DNA of 64,000 nt from Eledone cirrhosa (lineage: Eukaryota), in assembly GCA_964016885.1 (NCBI GenBank), contig OZ024751.1, forward strand, positions 42,656,001 through 42,720,000, in the 5' to 3' direction. This document shows, one piece after another, positions 59,401-64,000 of the stretch. The notes beneath the pieces are model-generated. The model searched no databases and had not been told where the DNA came from. It worked only from the letters and a program-made list of their open reading frames with translations. The translations under genes were made by a program, and so were the position numbers. Each line of letters begins with the position of its first letter. Within the stretch, counting starts at the first letter, position 1.

Positions 59401-59625
59401 TATATATATATATATATATATGTGTGTATATAACAAAAATTAGAAATCGATGAAAAATCGATATTGCGAAATGTTCCAAACTATCAATTTATCACTTCTC
59501 TATCAATATGGATCAAAATCAGTTGATAATTACTTTAAGATAAGACATCACTTCCACCACAGATGTACACATTATACTATCTTTCTCTCACACCCTCCTC
59601 TCTCTCTATCTCTCTCACCCTCCAT

Positions 59626-59693
<68 letters not shown>

Positions 59694-59997
59694 CTCTCTC
59701 TATCTCTCTCGCTATCTCTCTCACCCTCCGCACTCTCTTTATCTCTCTCTCTTTCTATCTATCTATATATCTCTCTCTATCTCTCTCTCACCCTCCATCC
59801 TCTCTCTTTCTCTTTATCTCTCTCTATCTATATATCTCTTCCTTTTCCTCCCTCCACCTCTCTATATCTCTGTCTCTCTCTCTATATATCACTGTCTGTC
59901 TCTCTCTATATCACTGTCTGTCTCTCTATTATTTCTCTCTATTTCTATATATCTCGCTCTCCCTTCCTCTCTCTCTCTATCTCCATCTCTCTCTGCT

Positions 59998-60726
59998 ACA
60001 TTTGCCCAACATGGAGTCACAACCAACCATTCACAAACACCACATTTACCCAACATGGAGCCACAACCAACCATTCACAAACACCACATTTACCCAACAT
60101 GGAGCCACAACCAACCATTCACAAACACCACATTTACCCAACATGGAGCCACAACCCACCATTCACAAACACGACATTTACCCAACATGGAACCACAACC
60201 AACCATTCACAAACACCACATTTACCCAACATGGAGTCACAACCAACCATTCACAAACACCACATTTACCCAACATGGAGCCACAACCAACCATTCACAA
60301 ACACCACATTTACCCAACATGGGGTCACAACCAACCATTCACAAACACCACATTTACCCAACATGGAGCCACAACCAACCATTCACAAACACCACATTTA
60401 CCCAACATGGAGTCACAACCAACCATTCACAAACACCACATTTACCCAACATGGAGTCACAACCAACCATTCACAAACACCACATTTACCCAACATGGAG
60501 CCACAACCAACCATTCACAAACACCACATTTACCCAACATGGAACCACAACCAACCATTCACAAACACCACATTTAGCCAACATGGAGCCACAACCAACC
60601 ATTCACAAACACCACATTTACCCAACATGGAGCCACAACCAACCATTCACAAACACCACATTTACCCAACATGGAGTCACAACCAACCATTCACAAACAC
60701 CACATTTACCCAACATGGAGCCACAA
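59998..60726. repeat. 44-bp minisatellite, about 16.5 copies
   Basis: atggagccacaaccaaccattcacaaacaccacatttacccaac at a 44-bp period. Confidence 0.95.
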
Positions 60727-61317
60727 GCCACACGCCATGTTTATTTATCGCCATGACATTATCCTCATATTGAGAAAGTCTTTTCTCTTCTAAACCAACC
60801 AAACAACTGATAGAACAACACCACCACCACCAGCACGACACCACCACCACCGCCGCCACCACCACCACCACCACCACCATCACCACCACCACCACCACCA
60901 CCAGCAGCACGACACCACCACCACCACCACCACCACCACCACCACCACCACCACCACCACCACCACGACACCACCAACACCACCGCCACCACGACCACCA
61001 CCACCAGCACGACACCACCATCACCATCACCACCACCACCACCACCACCAGCACGACACCACCATCACCATCACCACCACCACCACCACCAGCACGACAC
61101 CACCATCACCGCCGCCACCACCACCACCACCACCATCACCACCACCACCACGACGACACCACCATCACCACCGCCACCACCACCACCACCACCGCCACCA
61201 CCGCCACCACCGCCACCAGTTGGAACCTCCCGGATAAACTATCCGCGAGCTTCCAACCGACATGGTCGCATTCTTTAAGGGTATGTCAATATTTGTTTAT
61301 ACAACTGATCTATATTA

Positions 61318-61382
61318 TATTTTATCTGATGAAAGCGCACCATAATTTGTTTTGGTGTCCTTGAAATATGTATAATGAAATA
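61318..61382 (+). ncRNA. Type I hammerhead ribozyme (relative of family C)
   Basis: TATTTTAT-CTGATGA-AAGcGCACCA...TGGTGTcCTT-GAAATATGTATA-ATGAAATA. Confidence 0.72.
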
Positions 61383-61420
61383 AATATGGTTTTATAAATA
61401 TAGTTTCCATTTGTTAATAT

Positions 61421-61480
<60 letters not shown>

Positions 61481-61484
61481 TATT

Positions 61485-61918
61485 ATATGGAAAGTTATAT
61501 TTAAATTGTTGGGTTACAACTAGTAAATATTTATAACTGATATAAAAGCACTCAACAAGTATTTGGAGTATATTTACGATATTAAATAAATGGAAACTAT
61601 ATTTATAAAACCATATCTATTTCACTATATATATTTCAGGGATATCATATTAACAATATGTTATGCCTTCCTCAGACAAAATACAATATAGACAGTTTTA
61701 TAGACAGTTTTATAGTTGATTTGGCAGATCTGCTAAATCAACTCTTTCAAATACAAGTCGATGTTGAACGGTATGTCAAATCTATTTATCTATAAAACTG
61801 TCTATATTGTATTTTGTCTGAGGAAGGCATAACATATTGTTAATATGATATCCCTGAAATATATATAGTGAAATAGATATGGTTTTATAAATATAGTTTC
61901 CATTTATTTAATATCGTA
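61485..61918. mobile_element. Family C fold-back insertion with HHRs at 61618-61683 (-) and 61810-61875 (+)
   Basis: Arms 61575-61704 and 61789-61918. Inner hairpin agttgatttggcagatctgctaaatcaact. Confidence 0.85.
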
Positions 61919-61944
61919 TATATATATTATATATATTATATATA

Positions 61945-62014
61945 TATTAGGTCGTGAAGTATGAAATTTGTAGAAATATTTTTTTCTACAAATTTCAAAC
62001 TTGACGACCTAATA
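61945..62014. mobile_element. About 70-bp MADE1-like mariner MITE
   Basis: TATTAGGTCGTGAAGTATGAAATTTGTAGAAA followed almost immediately by its reverse complement, with TA ends. Confidence 0.55.
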
Positions 62015-63161
62015 AATAAATGTATATACATATATATATATATATGTGTGTGTATGTAATCGATATGTATGTATATATGTATGCATATAGCTTTGATCAA
62101 CCCACTTTATTTCACGTTCATCCACTCGTCTCAGTTGGTAAAAATGAGTTCTATCTTTGTCAGACTCCGTGTTATGGTGAACGTCTACAAAAACTATGTT
62201 ACGAGTGTGTAAGTCGGTGGAATGCGCGGTATCTTGGGAAAATGTCATTTGTCATAGCTTCAGGTACACATATAGGCTGTGAGTGAAATTTGGTTGACTG
62301 AAACTGCTTGGAAGCCTGCCGGATAGACTATACATGTAATGAAAAGGTCTAACATTGTCGTGAATAGTCTCGCCGAATCTCCCTGAGGGGGTACACTTAC
62401 ACTACTATTTAATATGGAATGTAAGTGTAATTCAAAGGACCAGTGATGAATGAAATATTCAGACCGAATCTCCCTGAGAATTACGTTAAGGGTACACTCA
62501 CACTATAATATCATGTGGAATGTCAGTGTAACTCAAAGAACTAGCGTTGTCATACACTGTAGAATATAGAGCCACTTGCACATTAATTTCACGAGCAGGG
62601 TGTTCTGTTGATCAAACTAGTAACTGGAACACTCGTCGTCGAAACCGACGGAGCCTCAAAGCGGTGTTTATTGACATGAAACTCAACTCTTTCGAGCAAT
62701 CACAGGTGCATACTAATCAAGGTTAAAGTACTGCTGCAGGTGAACAGGTAGACAGGTAGATCTATTTTCATGTAACACCTTTCATACACCTTACCTGCCA
62801 GACACTGCCAGTCCCCCACCCTAACTACACCACCCACCCAGTCAACTTTACAGCTCCACCCCACTCCTCCATTAGAAGATCTTGTAATTAGTTCGGCTCG
62901 AAATTTGACGTTAATTAATCCTGATTTTTAATCGAATTTAAGCACAAGGCCAGCAAATCGTAGGAGGGAGGGGTCGATGGAAGTCGATTTTATCGAACCC
63001 CAGTATTTAACTGGTACTTTATTTCATCAACCATGGAAAGGTAAAAACCAAAGTTGACCTCGGTGTTATTTGAACTCAAATCATAGGAAGTTGTAACTAC
63101 AGGGTGTCCGCTAAAAATGTATACACAGTTTGAATGACAATAAAAACAATAAAAACAATAT

Positions 63162-63249
<88 letters not shown>

Positions 63250-63252
<3 letters not shown>

Positions 63253-63410
63253 GTAGGAGGTGAGTTTTATTGTAGTACAATAAAGCAATGCAGATATCGG
63301 ATAAGAAGCACTCTACAGTTTGTAGGACTGGAGTATACATAATATAAGATCAAAAGATGGTTAAAGGAGTTCCATGTAACTCCTTTAACCATCTTTTGAT
63401 CTTATATTAT
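63250..63410. repeat. Fold-back insertion in (TA)n with 33-bp perfect arms
   Basis: 63339-63371 vs 63378-63410, loop ccatgt. Confidence 0.8.
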
Positions 63411-63430
63411 ATATATATATATATATATAG

Positions 63431-63625
63431 AAAACGAAGGAGGTGTGGTAAGGAACCACATGGACCATAACACACCAGAGTACTCAATACTTAGGGTAGT
63501 AGAGTGGGTAATAGGAATATGTTTGACCCCGACGGCAGAACTGAAGCCGTTTCGACGGCTATTTCAGTTCAGAAATAGCCGTTGAAACGGCTTGAGCTCT
63601 CCGTCGGGGTCAAACATATTCCTAT
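63431..63625. mobile_element. Family A fold-back insertion
   Basis: Arms 63511-63565 and 63572-63625. The minus strand reads GAA-ACGGC-ttcagttct-GCCGT-C. Confidence 0.8.
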
Positions 63626-63909
63626 ATACATACACTCAGCTAAAAACGAGTACAAGCTACTGTTTATGTGTGACAGTTCACATCTATGCTGGTTTAGCTG
63701 GCCTCCTCCAGGGTATATCTCGTTGGAGGTGTTTTGGGTGATTTAATGATAGGGACCCCAGTCCCTATCATTTCATTTCTACAGCTGAGTAAGCTGGAGC
63801 AACGTGAAATAAAGTGTCTTGCTCAAGGAAACAACACATCACCCGGTCCGAGAATTGAACTCACAACCTTTCGATTGCAAGCCCAATGAACTCACAACCC
63901 TTTTATTAT

Positions 63910-63948
<39 letters not shown>

Positions 63949-64000
63949 AAAGATTTATTTAAAATTGTTGGGTTACAACGAGTAAATATTTTATAACTGA

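Noticed and set aside
59450-60773. Long ORFs of 224-397 aa
   Set aside because: Produced by (CT)n and a stop-free 44-bp minisatellite that is open in all three frames.

Overview
Repeat-saturated eukaryotic DNA with no host gene that I can support. The SINE families and the (TA)n/(CA)n/(TATC)n density suggest an octopus genome (inference). Recognisable mobile elements: a near full-length Tx1/L1-clade LINE in (TATC)n, a 5'-truncated R4/Dong LINE in (TAA)n, RTE remnants, a rearranged mariner, a hAT-like element, a probable Helitron and many tRNA-derived SINEs. The main signal, which the ORF track misses, is about 20 type I hammerhead ribozyme (HHR) motifs. Ten lie in a 4.7-kb array of identical 460-bp units (16868-21558) that switches strand once, resembling a retrozyme concatemer. 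The rest lie in several unrelated short families resembling Penelope pLTRs. Many of these insertions are head-to-head fold-backs in (TA)n, several with the apex at or inside the ribozyme. HHR pairings were done by eye, and cleavage activity and transcription are untested.
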